From Candidatus Iainarchaeum sp. (GTDB lineage: Archaea > Iainarchaeota > Iainarchaeia > Iainarchaeales > SKW153): a stretch of DNA of 64,000 bases. Made by a program: the position numbers and the translations under genes. The notes beneath the pieces were generated by a model. That model made no database searches and was not told the DNA's origin. It saw nothing but the letters and a program-made list of their open reading frames with translations. Of this stretch, positions 8,590 through 18,101 are shown one piece after another. The stretch spans positions 314,144 to 378,143 of the forward strand of contig JAOAJD010000001.1 of the NCBI GenBank assembly GCA_026414365.1, read 5' to 3'. The first letter of the stretch is position 1. The number at the start of each line of letters is the position of its first letter.

Positions 8590-9633
8590 TTACAATTGAT
8601 CCAAAGGTGATTTAACTTTTTTTAGACCTTCTATCGAAACTTTCGTATATATTTGTGTTGTGTTCAGATTGCTGTGTCCTAAAAGCTCTTGAATTTTTCT
8701 TATATTTTCTCCGCTATCCAATAAATGTGTTGCAAAAGAGTGTCTTAAGGTATGTGGCGTAATTTTTTTTGGTATGTTTGCCTTTTTTGCTGCTTCTCTT
8801 ACTATTCTTTGTACAGTGTCAACAGATAGTGGTTTGCCATTCTTTTTTGAGAAAACATATTCACTGTTTGTTTTCCTTTTTTTTAAATATTTTTTAAGTT
8901 CAGAGACCCACTTTTCTGATAATATTATTGTTCTGTCTTTGTTGCCTTTCCCCCCGCAAACTTTTCCTATTCTCTCATCTAGGTTTAGATCAACCAATTT
9001 CATACTTACAGCTTCACTCACTCTTACACCGCTAGAATATAGAAATTCTATTATTAATCTATCTCTACCAACTTTAGCAGCTTTTATTAGTTTTTTTACT
9101 TCATCTATTGATAAAACAGAAGGTATTTTTTTTGCTTTTTTGGGGTTTTTTATATCTCCGAATATTTCTTTTTTTACTATCTTGTTAAAAAAAAATCTTA
9201 AAGAAGATAAAGCTAAAGACATAGTATTGTTTGATGCTTTCTTATTTTCTTTTAACTCTGCTAAAAATTTTATAATATCTGTTCTCTCAACATCTTCTGC
9301 TAACTTTTTTGTGTATCCTAAAAAAGCTTTTACATAAGTAACATAAGCTTCTCTCGTTCTTTTTGAATATCCCGCTACAATTAATTCTTCTTCCATTCTT
9401 TTTATTTTTTCTTCGTTTTTTTCATCTATTGAGTTCAATTCATGTTCGTTTTTGTTTGTAACCGTGTAATCGCCTTTTTCTTTTGCTAGATAATCTAAAT
9501 TTTTGTTTTTCAAAATACCTTCTGTTGTGCTTTTTATATCTTCCCAATTGTTTATGCTATTATAGTTTTCATTTTTTTCGCTTTGTTGGACATTATTCGT
9601 CATTTGTTCATTGTTAACATTTTCCTTTTCCAT
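8590..9633 (-). CDS. xerA: XerA-type tyrosine recombinase with an Asn/Glu-rich N-terminal extension
   Basis: SAM-like N domain (GYSKRTREAY), LYSSGVRVSE, GKGNKDR, TPHTLRHSFATH, LLGHSNLNTTQIYT; no IntI patch; start taken as ATG 9633. Confidence 0.85.
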   Translation of the reverse strand: MEKENVNNEQMTNNVQQSEKNENYNSINNWEDIKSTTEGILKNKNLDYLAKEKGDYTVTNKNEHELNSIDEKNEEKIKRMEEELIVAGYSKRTREAYVTYVKAFLGYTKKLAEDVERTDIIKFLAELKENKKASNNTMSLALSSLRFFFNKIVKKEIFGDIKNPKKAKKIPSVLSIDEVKKLIKAAKVGRDRLIIEFLYSSGVRVSEAVSMKLVDLNLDERIGKVCGGKGNKDRTIILSEKWVSELKKYLKKRKTNSEYVFSKKNGKPLSVDTVQRIVREAAKKANIPKKITPHTLRHSFATHLLDSGENIRKIQELLGHSNLNTTQIYTKVSIEGLKKVKSPLDQL

Positions 9634-9671
9634 AAAAAATAATATATATGTTATTGTATTATTTAAATTAA

Positions 9672-9971
9672 ATGACATCTTTTGTTCAATTACTTTTATT
9701 ACTTTCCAATTGGTTTTTATTGTTTTTAGTATTGCTTTTAACAATAAAAAACATATTATTTGTTTTACCCAGCGTAGAGAAATCTATTGTAGCAAAAACT
9801 TTGTGGTATTTGTTTATTGCTTTCGGGTATAGTTTGATTTGTGTTACAATATTTACTTCTTGGGTAATTTGGAATATAGGTGGCCTTTGGGGGGCAATTG
9901 TTTTGTTTTTAACGTGGTTTATTTTAGTGTGCATATATTTAAGCTATTTGAAAATAGAAAAAATATTTTAA
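9672..9971 (+). CDS. Small hypothetical membrane protein (about 3 TM)
   Basis: Three hydrophobic stretches; divergent from xerA. Confidence 0.5.
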   Translation: MTSFVQLLLLLSNWFLLFLVLLLTIKNILFVLPSVEKSIVAKTLWYLFIAFGYSLICVTIFTSWVIWNIGGLWGAIVLFLTWFILVCIYLSYLKIEKIF

Positions 9972-10001
9972 TTTTTTGGCCAGTGTTTGTGCTAAGCTTT
10001 T

Positions 10002-10736
10002 TTAAATCAAAATAGGTAGTCTTTTGTGCCTATTTTTTTCTATTATATCTCTTATTTTCTTTTCTTTTAAACTCAACTTTTTATTACTATTAATTTTAAT
10101 TATTGCTTTGTCTATCTCTTCATAGCTAAATCCAAGTTCTTTTTCATCTGTTTGGCCCTTCCACAATTCTGCAGTAGGTTTCTTTCTAATTATTCTTTCG
10201 GGTATTTGCATCATTTCTGCCATTTTCTTAACTTCTGTTTTAAGTAATCTCCCAATAGGCAAAAAGTCAGAAGCACCATCCCCATATTTGGTGAAGTAAC
10301 CTAGCAATAACTCACTTTTGTTAGATGTTCCTGCTACCAAGCAATTATTAGAATTAGCAAAGTTATATAAAATCACCATCCTTAACCTTGCTTTTAGATT
10401 TGCTTTTGCTATTTTTGTTTGTTTCCACGGAAGATTGCTAAATAACTTTGTTAATCTGTTAATGTATATTGTATAATATTTAATACCTAATTTTTTTGCA
10501 ATGTTTTTTGCATCTTTTATATTTTCTGTACTGGTTACATTTTTCTCCGGCATTATTAGAGCTACTACTTTTTTTCTTCCTAATGCTTCCACTAACAAGT
10601 ATGCAGTTACCGTAGAGTCAAGACCCCCACTGATACCTAGTACAACCCCTTTTGCTTTTGTTTTGGCAAATAAAGCTCTTATTTTTTTTATTATTGTTTT
10701 TTTTAATCTAGCATATTCTCTGTCTTCTTTAGTCAT
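10002..10736 (-). CDS. nadE: NH3-dependent NAD+ synthetase
   Basis: GISGGLDS, NLKARLRM, GTSNKSE..GYFTKYGDG, PTAELWKGQTDE. Confidence 0.95.
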   Translation of the reverse strand: MTKEDREYARLKKTIIKKIRALFAKTKAKGVVLGISGGLDSTVTAYLLVEALGRKKVVALIMPEKNVTSTENIKDAKNIAKKLGIKYYTIYINRLTKLFSNLPWKQTKIAKANLKARLRMVILYNFANSNNCLVAGTSNKSELLLGYFTKYGDGASDFLPIGRLLKTEVKKMAEMMQIPERIIRKKPTAELWKGQTDEKELGFSYEEIDKAIIKINSNKKLSLKEKKIRDIIEKNRHKRLPILI

Positions 10737-10741
10737 ATTAT

Positions 10742-10900
10742 TTACTTCAAATAATTTGTCATACAATTATCTGAGCAAAACCTTTTAGAGTATAAATTAT
10801 TCCCGCCGCCAATGATTTCCTTGCCGCAAAAAAGACATTTTTGCTTTCTTCTAAAAACACTTCCAAATCTATTAAATTGCAAATCTTTCAATAATGGCAT
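10742..10900 (-). CDS. Small TRASH/MYM-type zinc-finger protein, 52 aa (not in ORF track)
   Basis: Hand translation MPLLKDLQFNRFGSVFRRKQKCLFCGKEI..KRFCSDNCMTNYLK (CxxC...FCSxxC); fills the gap between the HAD gene and nadE. Confidence 0.75.
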   Translation of the reverse strand: MPLLKDLQFNRFGSVFRRKQKCLFCGKEIIGGGNNLYSKRFCSDNCMTNYLK

Positions 10901-10952
10901 TTTACCAAACCCCTATTTTTATTAATTAAAAATTGTTTTTAAAAATTTATTT

Positions 10953-11636
10953 TTAGTCGCTTATATTTTCGTCAATTATTTTTAATATGTCGATTATTCT
11001 CTTTAGTTCATAGTCTGCTTTTATATGTTTGCTTTTTACATATTGTCCATATTTAGCCAATGCAGTTTTCATGCCTGCTGATTTGGCTCCCTTTATATCT
11101 CTTTCGGGGTTATCTCCTACAAAGAGAATTTTATCTGCTTCAATCTCAGATATTTTAAGAGCCATTTCGAAAGGTTTTTTGTTTGGTTTTGTTACTCCTG
11201 TGTCCTCTAATGCAATAACAAAATCAAAGAACTCAGCTATGTTCATCTCAGTTAATCTTAACCATGCTTTCAACTTAGGAGCATCTGAAACGACACCTAA
11301 CTTAAGACCTCTTTCTTTTAGGCCTACAAGTGTTCTCCTTGTTCCAGGATAGGGAATAACAAGCCCTATTTGTGTTTTTCTATAAGCATTTATTGCACTT
11401 GCCAAAACTCTATAATTGATTTCTCCTGTTAATCTTTCTATCAATCTTTGAAATATTAAAGGGTCTTCCATACCATATTGTTGAAACAAAGAATAAAGTT
11501 CATCTTTAGCTCTTTTTTTATCTATTTCTAACCCCGCGTCAACCATAGCCAATATAGCAGCTTCGCAACTCTGACTTTTCATTCTCATAAAATCTATTAA
11601 AGTATTATCTAAATCAAAAAAAACAGCTCTGAACAT
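10953..11636 (-). CDS. HAD-superfamily hydrolase (subfamily IA)
   Basis: FFDLDNTL, VVSD, KP, FVGDNPERDIKGA. Confidence 0.9.
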   Translation of the reverse strand: MFRAVFFDLDNTLIDFMRMKSQSCEAAILAMVDAGLEIDKKRAKDELYSLFQQYGMEDPLIFQRLIERLTGEINYRVLASAINAYRKTQIGLVIPYPGTRRTLVGLKERGLKLGVVSDAPKLKAWLRLTEMNIAEFFDFVIALEDTGVTKPNKKPFEMALKISEIEADKILFVGDNPERDIKGAKSAGMKTALAKYGQYVKSKHIKADYELKRIIDILKIIDENISD

Positions 11637-11675
11637 AAATATATTGATCAATGAAAGTTTTTATATTAGTTTGAT

Positions 11676-11915
11676 GTGATGAATATTATGGAAAAAACAA
11701 AACTACTTTTTCTAAAAGCAGTATTCTTTTTTGTTGTCGGGGTAATTTTATCTTCTCTTTTTGTTTGGTCCTTTGTTCAAGGCTTTCTAATTCATCAGAA
11801 AGATCCTTATTATGCTTTTTATTTCTATTTTGTTTCATTTTTAGCAGGCATTGCAGCATTAGCTCTTTACTTCCAAGCAAAAACTATGTTTTATTACACA
11901 AAAATGTCTGATTGA
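11676..11915 (+). CDS. Small 2-TM membrane protein
   Basis: Two hydrophobic helices. Confidence 0.6.
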   Translation: MMNIMEKTKLLFLKAVFFFVVGVILSSLFVWSFVQGFLIHQKDPYYAFYFYFVSFLAGIAALALYFQAKTMFYYTKMSD

Positions 11916-11981
11916 AATTTACTTTATTTTTGTTGTTTTGAATGACAAATAAAATAATAACACAAATTTAATTAGCAGAAG

Positions 11982-12173
11982 TTACTTATCTTTTCTTTTT
12001 TTATCTAAATCTGAAAACTCTCTATTAAACTCTTCAATATCTTCTTCCTCTAAGCCTAATTGTCTTAACTTTTCATCATGCTCTTTTAGAGTCATCTTTT
12101 CAAATTGTTTTCTCCACAATTTCATTTCTTCTGTATCTTCTAGAGGATGACCTTCTCTTATTCTTCTTTTCAT
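11982..12173 (-). CDS. Small charged hypothetical protein
   Basis: 63-aa ORF with genome-typical composition, divergent from the pilus operon. Confidence 0.6.
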   Translation of the reverse strand: MKRRIREGHPLEDTEEMKLWRKQFEKMTLKEHDEKLRQLGLEEEDIEEFNREFSDLDKKRKDK

Positions 12174-12283
12174 ATGAATGCCATTTGAAAAAAGATTATT
12201 TAAAAATATCTGTTTTTTGTTGTTTGTTTTTTTACATGAAAAATAATATATAAAAGAAAAGATATTTATGCATAGATATCATT

Positions 12284-13501
12284 ATGGCAGATAGCATAAT
12301 AGAGAGACTTCTATCATTATTTGGTATTAAAAAAGAGGAAATAGCTAGAGGCAAAAAGGAAACTTTAGAAGAAGTTAGTCCTGCATGCGAACAATCTGAT
12401 AAACAAAAAGCAGTTGCAAAAAGAAGGAGGTATAGAAGAAGAATAAATAAAAAGTTATTAAAACAATTAGATAGTTGGAAAAGGAAAGTGAATAAACTAA
12501 ATAAAAAAATAAAAGAGCTTGAAAAGGCAATTCAAGATAAAAGAATTGAACCTCAAAAAGCAAATGAAATAATACAAGTAGTATACAGGGAGATAAATGA
12601 TGAATCTAAAAATATAACTTCTGAATTAGAAAATGTTTCTTCTTTAATGAAAAATTTGGAAAAAGAGTATCTAAAGAGACACATAACAGATTCAGAGTTT
12701 AGACAAAAAATGTTAGAATACAAAGAGAGAGAATATTTATTACAACTAAAGAAAAAAGAATTAGAAAAGCAAAAGAATTCTACTAACAAAATAAGCAATT
12801 TTATACAAGGTGCTCTACTTATTACAAATCAAAATCCAACAGTGGTGTATGATAGTAATTCTATAGGACCAACAAAAGTAACCCAATCTGTTCCGGTTAG
12901 TCTAGTTACAGACGTAGGAAAATTTAAATCAAGTGCACAGCAAACTACGAGTGAGAATTTAGAAAATAAATATGATAAAAAACTGATAGATAAAATACTA
13001 GAAGAGAAAGCAAAAGGGAAAATAGATGAAAACAAACTTAAAGAATTAGAACAAAAGTTGGAATTTTTGGTTAAACAAAAAAATATCCCTCCTAACGAAA
13101 TTGAAAAGGAGTTAAATTCATTAGATACAAAAAGTTTTGTTGAATCTTTCAACAAATTAGTCTCTTTATTAGAAATAGAACATAAAGCTAAGGAAATTTA
13201 CAGCAAACCATCATACAGGGAGATAGAAAAATATGGTCCAATTCATGAAAAAGAAAAAATAAAAGGAATAATAGTTGAACTACAAAAACATAGAATAATT
13301 ACTGACTTAGATAAAATTGTATCTTACTTGTCGGAAAAGAAAAAAGCCAGTACAGGCGAGATTTCTAAAGTATTGAATATTGACAAGAAAAAAGTTTTAG
13401 ATTATGCAGAAATTTTAGAAGACGAGGGGGTTGTAATTATTAATTATTTGCCAATTGGTGATCCTTTATTAATAATAAAAGACAGAAGTGAAAGAACATG
13501 A
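12284..13501 (+). CDS. Pilus-operon coiled-coil protein with N-terminal amphipathic helix, SHOCT-like motif and C-terminal wHTH
   Basis: MADSIIERLLSLFG; LEKEYLKRHITDSEF; C-terminal ASTGEISKVLNIDKKKVLDYAEILEDEGVV; overlaps the ATPase start (ATGA). Confidence 0.7.
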   Translation: MADSIIERLLSLFGIKKEEIARGKKETLEEVSPACEQSDKQKAVAKRRRYRRRINKKLLKQLDSWKRKVNKLNKKIKELEKAIQDKRIEPQKANEIIQVVYREINDESKNITSELENVSSLMKNLEKEYLKRHITDSEFRQKMLEYKEREYLLQLKKKELEKQKNSTNKISNFIQGALLITNQNPTVVYDSNSIGPTKVTQSVPVSLVTDVGKFKSSAQQTTSENLENKYDKKLIDKILEEKAKGKIDENKLKELEQKLEFLVKQKNIPPNEIEKELNSLDTKSFVESFNKLVSLLEIEHKAKEIYSKPSYREIEKYGPIHEKEKIKGIIVELQKHRIITDLDKIVSYLSEKKKASTGEISKVLNIDKKKVLDYAEILEDEGVVIINYLPIGDPLLIIKDRSERT

Positions 13502-15006
13502 GTGAACTTTTGATAAAAGAATATTTCATAGAATCAGGTGAGTTAAAATTAAATGTAAAAATTTTGTTTAAAGAAGGCGACTTTATAAAAACATATTTCT
13601 TAGACATACCTGAGTTTGGTTTAGGCACTAGGGCACTAATTGACAATCTAAAAGATATATTAATAAATAAAATTCAGTTAAAGCCAGAGATGTTAGCTGA
13701 CCAAAAATTTATTGCAGAAATAAGAGAAAAATTTAAACACGAAGCTTATGGAATAATTGAAGAGAAATTAGGTAATTTGCCAAATAATGATAAACTATTT
13801 TTAGTTTATTATACAATAAATGAAATGCTTGGTTTAGGCAATATCGAATTTCTACTTGATGATCCAAATGCAGAAGAAATTGCAATAAACTCTTCTAAAG
13901 AACCTATTTGGATTTATCACAAAGAGTTTGGTTGGTTAAAAACAAATTTATTTGTTAAAAATGAAGCAGATGTTTACAACTATTCTACGATCATAGCTAG
14001 AAGAGTTGGGAAACAAATTACTATTCTCTCGCCATTGTTAGACGCTCATTTACCAAGCGGCGATAGAGCTAATGCAACATTATTTCCAATTTCCGGTCTT
14101 GGTAACACAATAACAATTAGGCGTTTTAGAAGGGAACCATGGACAGTTACTGACTTTATAAAGAACAAAACAGCAAGTTATGAACTCATGGCGCTAATAT
14201 GGTTAGCAATGCAGTACGAACTCAACATAATTCTAAGTGGTGGTACTGCAAGTGGAAAAACTTCTTTCTTAAATGTATGTATTCCTTTTATTCAACCTAA
14301 CCATAGAGTAATTTCTATAGAAGATACAAGAGAAATAACTTTGCCTAATTTTATGCATTGGGTACCAATGAGTACAAGAGAACCAAATGCAGAAGGTAAA
14401 GGTGCGGTAACGATGTTGGATCTACTAGTAAATTCGTTGAGAATGAGACCAGATAGGATAATAATTGGAGAGATAAGAAGACAAAAAGAGGCTGAAGTTA
14501 TGTTTGAGGCGATGCATACTGGTCATAGTGTTTATACTACTCTCCACGCAAACACTGCAGATGAAACCATAAGTAGGTTAACAAATCCACCTATAAGTAT
14601 ACCATCGTCTATGTTGGAATCAGTACATCTAAATATAGTAATGTTTAGAAATAGGCGTTTAGGGTTAAGAAGAGTTTTGGAGGTTGCAGAATTTGTTCCA
14701 GAGAAGAGAGGTGCTGAAGATTTTATAAAAGCTAACACAATATTTAGATGGAAACCATCTACTGATAGCATAGAACAACAAAATGAAAGTATTAGGTTGT
14801 ATGATGAGCTGTCTTTGCATACAGGTTTTACAAAAGATGAGATTGAAAAAGATATTAAAAAGAAAAAAGAAATTTTAGAGTGGATGGTTAAGAATAACAT
14901 ATCTAGTATCCAAAAAGTAGGATTAGTAGTAGCCAATTACTATTCTGATGAAGATGAAGTCTACAAATATGTAAAAAATAACAAAATCCCTGACTGGTTA
15001 AAATAA
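13498..15006 (+). CDS. Type IV pilus / type II-IV secretion ATPase (CpaF/TadA/PilB-like)
   Basis: Walker A GGTASGKT, SIEDTRE, LRMRPDRIIIGEIR, His box MHTGH..TLHA. Confidence 0.93.
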   Translation: MSELLIKEYFIESGELKLNVKILFKEGDFIKTYFLDIPEFGLGTRALIDNLKDILINKIQLKPEMLADQKFIAEIREKFKHEAYGIIEEKLGNLPNNDKLFLVYYTINEMLGLGNIEFLLDDPNAEEIAINSSKEPIWIYHKEFGWLKTNLFVKNEADVYNYSTIIARRVGKQITILSPLLDAHLPSGDRANATLFPISGLGNTITIRRFRREPWTVTDFIKNKTASYELMALIWLAMQYELNIILSGGTASGKTSFLNVCIPFIQPNHRVISIEDTREITLPNFMHWVPMSTREPNAEGKGAVTMLDLLVNSLRMRPDRIIIGEIRRQKEAEVMFEAMHTGHSVYTTLHANTADETISRLTNPPISIPSSMLESVHLNIVMFRNRRLGLRRVLEVAEFVPEKRGAEDFIKANTIFRWKPSTDSIEQQNESIRLYDELSLHTGFTKDEIEKDIKKKKEILEWMVKNNISSIQKVGLVVANYYSDEDEVYKYVKNNKIPDWLK

Positions 15007-15906
15007 GTGATATTTATGAAAGATATTCATATACCTTTTAGTCCTTTACCGTTGCCAGTGCTACTAAAATTAGCAAAAAATACAAAAGGCATCGGGTATT
15101 CGGTAGCAAAATGTTTTCCTTATCTGGAAGTTGATCTAAAACAAGCGGATATTGATATAGAGAAAGAAGACTACGGTTCTATAATATTTCTTATAAGTGT
15201 CTTCTACTTTGTGTTTTTGTTTGTATTATTTTGTTTAATTTCTTTAAAATATTTTACAATAAATGCCATCATCTTTTCTTTAACTCTTTCGCTTTTATTT
15301 ACTTTTTTAATTATAATACAATTGACAACATTTCCTAAAATAACATTGTTAAGAAAAACAAGAGATATAGAGAGGAATCTCGTTTTTGCTTTGAGAGCAA
15401 TGCTGGTTGAAATAAGAGGAGGCGTCAGTCTTTATGATGCTTTAGTTACAATATCCAAAGGTAACTTTGGCGAGGTCTCAAAAGAGTTTTCTAAAGCCCT
15501 AGAAAAAATAAATACAGGATATGCGCAAGAAGATGCATTAGAGGAAATAGCTTCAAAAAACCCTTCTATATTTTTTAGAAGATCCATCTGGCAAATAGTT
15601 AATGGATTAAAGGCAGGCTCTGATATTAGCGATGTTATCAATAGCTCTATTGACTTTTTAACAAAAGAACAAAGGAATCAAATAAGAAATTATGGAAATA
15701 GACTAAGAGTATTATCCTTGATATATATGATGTTGGGCGTGATAATCCCTGCGTTAGGTCTCACTTTTTTAGTAATTTTATCATCTTTTCCACAACTCGG
15801 AATAAATGAGTTTATATTTTGGGTTTTTTTTGGTGTTATTGTAATATCACAATTCATGTATCTTGGAATAATAAAATCTAGTAGACCAACACTTTTGGCT
15901 GAGTAA
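15007..15906 (+). CDS. Type II secretion F / TadB-TadC family membrane platform protein
   Basis: TM segments flanking a T2SSF-like domain (FGEVSKEF..ALEEIA..NPS..FRR). Confidence 0.87.
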   Translation: MIFMKDIHIPFSPLPLPVLLKLAKNTKGIGYSVAKCFPYLEVDLKQADIDIEKEDYGSIIFLISVFYFVFLFVLFCLISLKYFTINAIIFSLTLSLLFTFLIIIQLTTFPKITLLRKTRDIERNLVFALRAMLVEIRGGVSLYDALVTISKGNFGEVSKEFSKALEKINTGYAQEDALEEIASKNPSIFFRRSIWQIVNGLKAGSDISDVINSSIDFLTKEQRNQIRNYGNRLRVLSLIYMMLGVIIPALGLTFLVILSSFPQLGINEFIFWVFFGVIVISQFMYLGIIKSSRPTLLAE

Positions 15907-15907
15907 T

Positions 15908-16909
15908 ATGGTTTACCAAAGAATAGCAGCTTTATTACCAAAACCAATAGTTGAGATGTTTAGAAAAGAGATTGAATATTTAGATATAAATATAAGCGAG
16001 AGTAAATTAATCGGTTTTTTGTTTTTATATGGTTTGTGTTTAAGTCTTGGCATAGCATTCAATCTTAAAGTCTTTTTTAATATTGACTTTCTATTATCTT
16101 TTGTTTGTGTTTTTATTATGTTCTTTTTTGGTAGTTATGTATGGATAAGCAACATAGCTGAATCTAAAGGAAAGTTCTCAGAAAAGGTTTTACCAGATTC
16201 ATTACAACTTATTGCTTCAAACATAAAAGCAGGGCTGACTACAGAAAGAGCAATGTTAGTTTCAGCAAGACCTGAATTCGGACCTTTAGGAGTAGAGTTA
16301 AAAAAAACATCTTTGAAAGTAATGTCTGGCATGCCTTTGGATAAAGCAATAGCATCCATGTCTGAAAGAATTAAATCAAAAACTTTAGATAGAACTTTTT
16401 GGTTGATTTCTAATGGCGTGAGATCGGGCGGGCAGTTAGCAGATCTTCTTATGCAACTTGCAGATGATTTGAAAGAGCAGATGTCTATAAAAGAAGAGAT
16501 TAACGCAAACATCTCTACTTATGTCTTATTAATATTTATCACATCTTCTTTAGGAGCTCCAATTCTTTTTGGCATGAGTAGTTTCATAGTTGAGGCCATG
16601 AGCGCGCAACTGTCAGATATAAACATGCCTAAATTTTCTAATGTTGCGATGCCTCAAAATTTGTCAGTCGTCAGAACTGTAATGACTTTTGGTCAGAGTA
16701 AAACAATATCCCCTGAATTTGTTTTTAATTTTTCAATAATATCTTTGTTTGCAATCTCTTTGTTTTCTGCCTTAACACTAGGTGTTATTAATAAAGGAAG
16801 TGAAAAAAGCGGTTTGATATATTTCCCTCTGATCTTAGCTATTTCTTATATTCTTTTCTTCTTAGTTAGAAGTGTGTTGCATCATTTCTTTGGTGGACTT
16901 TTGTTGTAA
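15908..16909 (+). CDS. Type II secretion F / TadC family membrane platform protein
   Basis: LPDSLQLIASNIKAG..ARPEFGPL..SGGQLADLL; multiple TM segments. Confidence 0.88.
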   Translation: MVYQRIAALLPKPIVEMFRKEIEYLDINISESKLIGFLFLYGLCLSLGIAFNLKVFFNIDFLLSFVCVFIMFFFGSYVWISNIAESKGKFSEKVLPDSLQLIASNIKAGLTTERAMLVSARPEFGPLGVELKKTSLKVMSGMPLDKAIASMSERIKSKTLDRTFWLISNGVRSGGQLADLLMQLADDLKEQMSIKEEINANISTYVLLIFITSSLGAPILFGMSSFIVEAMSAQLSDINMPKFSNVAMPQNLSVVRTVMTFGQSKTISPEFVFNFSIISLFAISLFSALTLGVINKGSEKSGLIYFPLILAISYILFFLVRSVLHHFFGGLLL

Positions 16910-17060
16910 CTTACAGTTTCAGATTGTTTTATCAGGCATTGCACTTTAATATTTTCTTTAGGTATTTTTGCAAAAAACAGAAATAAATAAAGTAAGCAAA
17001 ATCTAGAATAAGTCCACAGATAAATAAAAAAATAAGAGAAAAAAAAGAAAATTTTAGTTA

Positions 17061-17468
17061 TTATTGTAGCGTACAAATTTTTGTTTCAGTGTGTGTGCCT
17101 GCGGCATCTGTATATGAAGCAGTTACAGTAATCTGATTATTAGGTCCTCTGGTTACTCCACTTGCACTAAAAAGTTTTGCCGTTCCTGCGTTCCATGCTC
17201 CTGTTGCAGTTGCGTTTATGCCATTTACAGTTACTGAGTAACTACCTTCTTGTAAGTTAATACCGGTACCATTTATTAGAACAATATTATAATCAGTTCC
17301 AACAAGATTTTGTGTAGAATATTGTAATTTACCACCTACAGTACATGTTGAAGTTCCTGACGTTGGATTGCCTATTAACAAGAATAAAGCTGCTATTATT
17401 ACCACTATTACTATTAAGGCCCAACCATATGTCATCAAGTATTCTAATGCAGATTGTCCCTTTGCCAT
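17061..17468 (-). CDS. Type IV pilin (class III signal peptide)
   Basis: MAKG/QSALEYLMTYGWALIVIVVII; Thr/Gly-rich head with 2 Cys; GGAGG SD. Confidence 0.9.
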   Translation of the reverse strand: MAKGQSALEYLMTYGWALIVIVVIIAALFLLIGNPTSGTSTCTVGGKLQYSTQNLVGTDYNIVLINGTGINLQEGSYSVTVNGINATATGAWNAGTAKLFSASGVTRGPNNQITVTASYTDAAGTHTETKICTLQ

Positions 17469-17604
17469 TTATAAAACCTCCTTTACTACTTACTATTTTA
17501 ATCTTTAATTGAATATTTAAATATTTGTTTTTTGTAAATTAACAACATAAAATGTATTAAAAACTTTTTTTGGATATTTTTTATTTCCTTACGAATAATA
17601 GTAA

Positions 17605-18099
17605 CTATTTAATTATATTAATGTCAGCATATTTTTTCTTTAGTGCCTTTTCAACTACAGGAGTAACAAACAAACTTACATCTCCTCCAAGAAAAGCAAT
17701 TTCTTTTGCAATGCTTGAGCTAAAGTAAAAATATTCTGGATCTGTAATTATGAGAACCGTTTCCATATTAGGGGATAATTTTCTGTTTACTATTGCTTGT
17801 TGAAACTCATTTTGGAAATCGCTTAATTCTCTTAAACCTTTTATTATAAATCTACATTTTTCCCTTTTAGCGAAATCAACTAACAGACCATCTAATTTTT
17901 TTACTTTTACTTTTTTTAGTTCTTTTATACTTTGTTTTACTAATTCTAACCTTTCATCTATATTAAAAAGAGTTTTTTTATTAGGTCTTGAAGCAACCGC
18001 AACCACTAATTCGTCAAATATGTTTAGTGCTCTTTTTATCACATCAATATGTCCATAGGTTATAGGATCAAAAGTTCCTGGGTATATAGCTTTTTTCAT
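17605..18099 (-). CDS. coaD: Pantetheine-phosphate adenylyltransferase, bacterial type
   Basis: AIYPGTFDPITYGHIDVI, GLR..DF..E, SSS motifs. Confidence 0.93.
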   Translation of the reverse strand: MKKAIYPGTFDPITYGHIDVIKRALNIFDELVVAVASRPNKKTLFNIDERLELVKQSIKELKKVKVKKLDGLLVDFAKREKCRFIIKGLRELSDFQNEFQQAIVNRKLSPNMETVLIITDPEYFYFSSSIAKEIAFLGGDVSLFVTPVVEKALKKKYADINIIK

Positions 18100-18101
18100 G
18101 T

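Noticed and set aside
8590-9633. Integron integrase, or a provirus integrated at tRNA-iMet
   Set aside because: No IntI insertion between the catalytic patches, no attC array, no duplicated tRNA 3' end seen and no viral genes; the protein fits chromosomal XerA.
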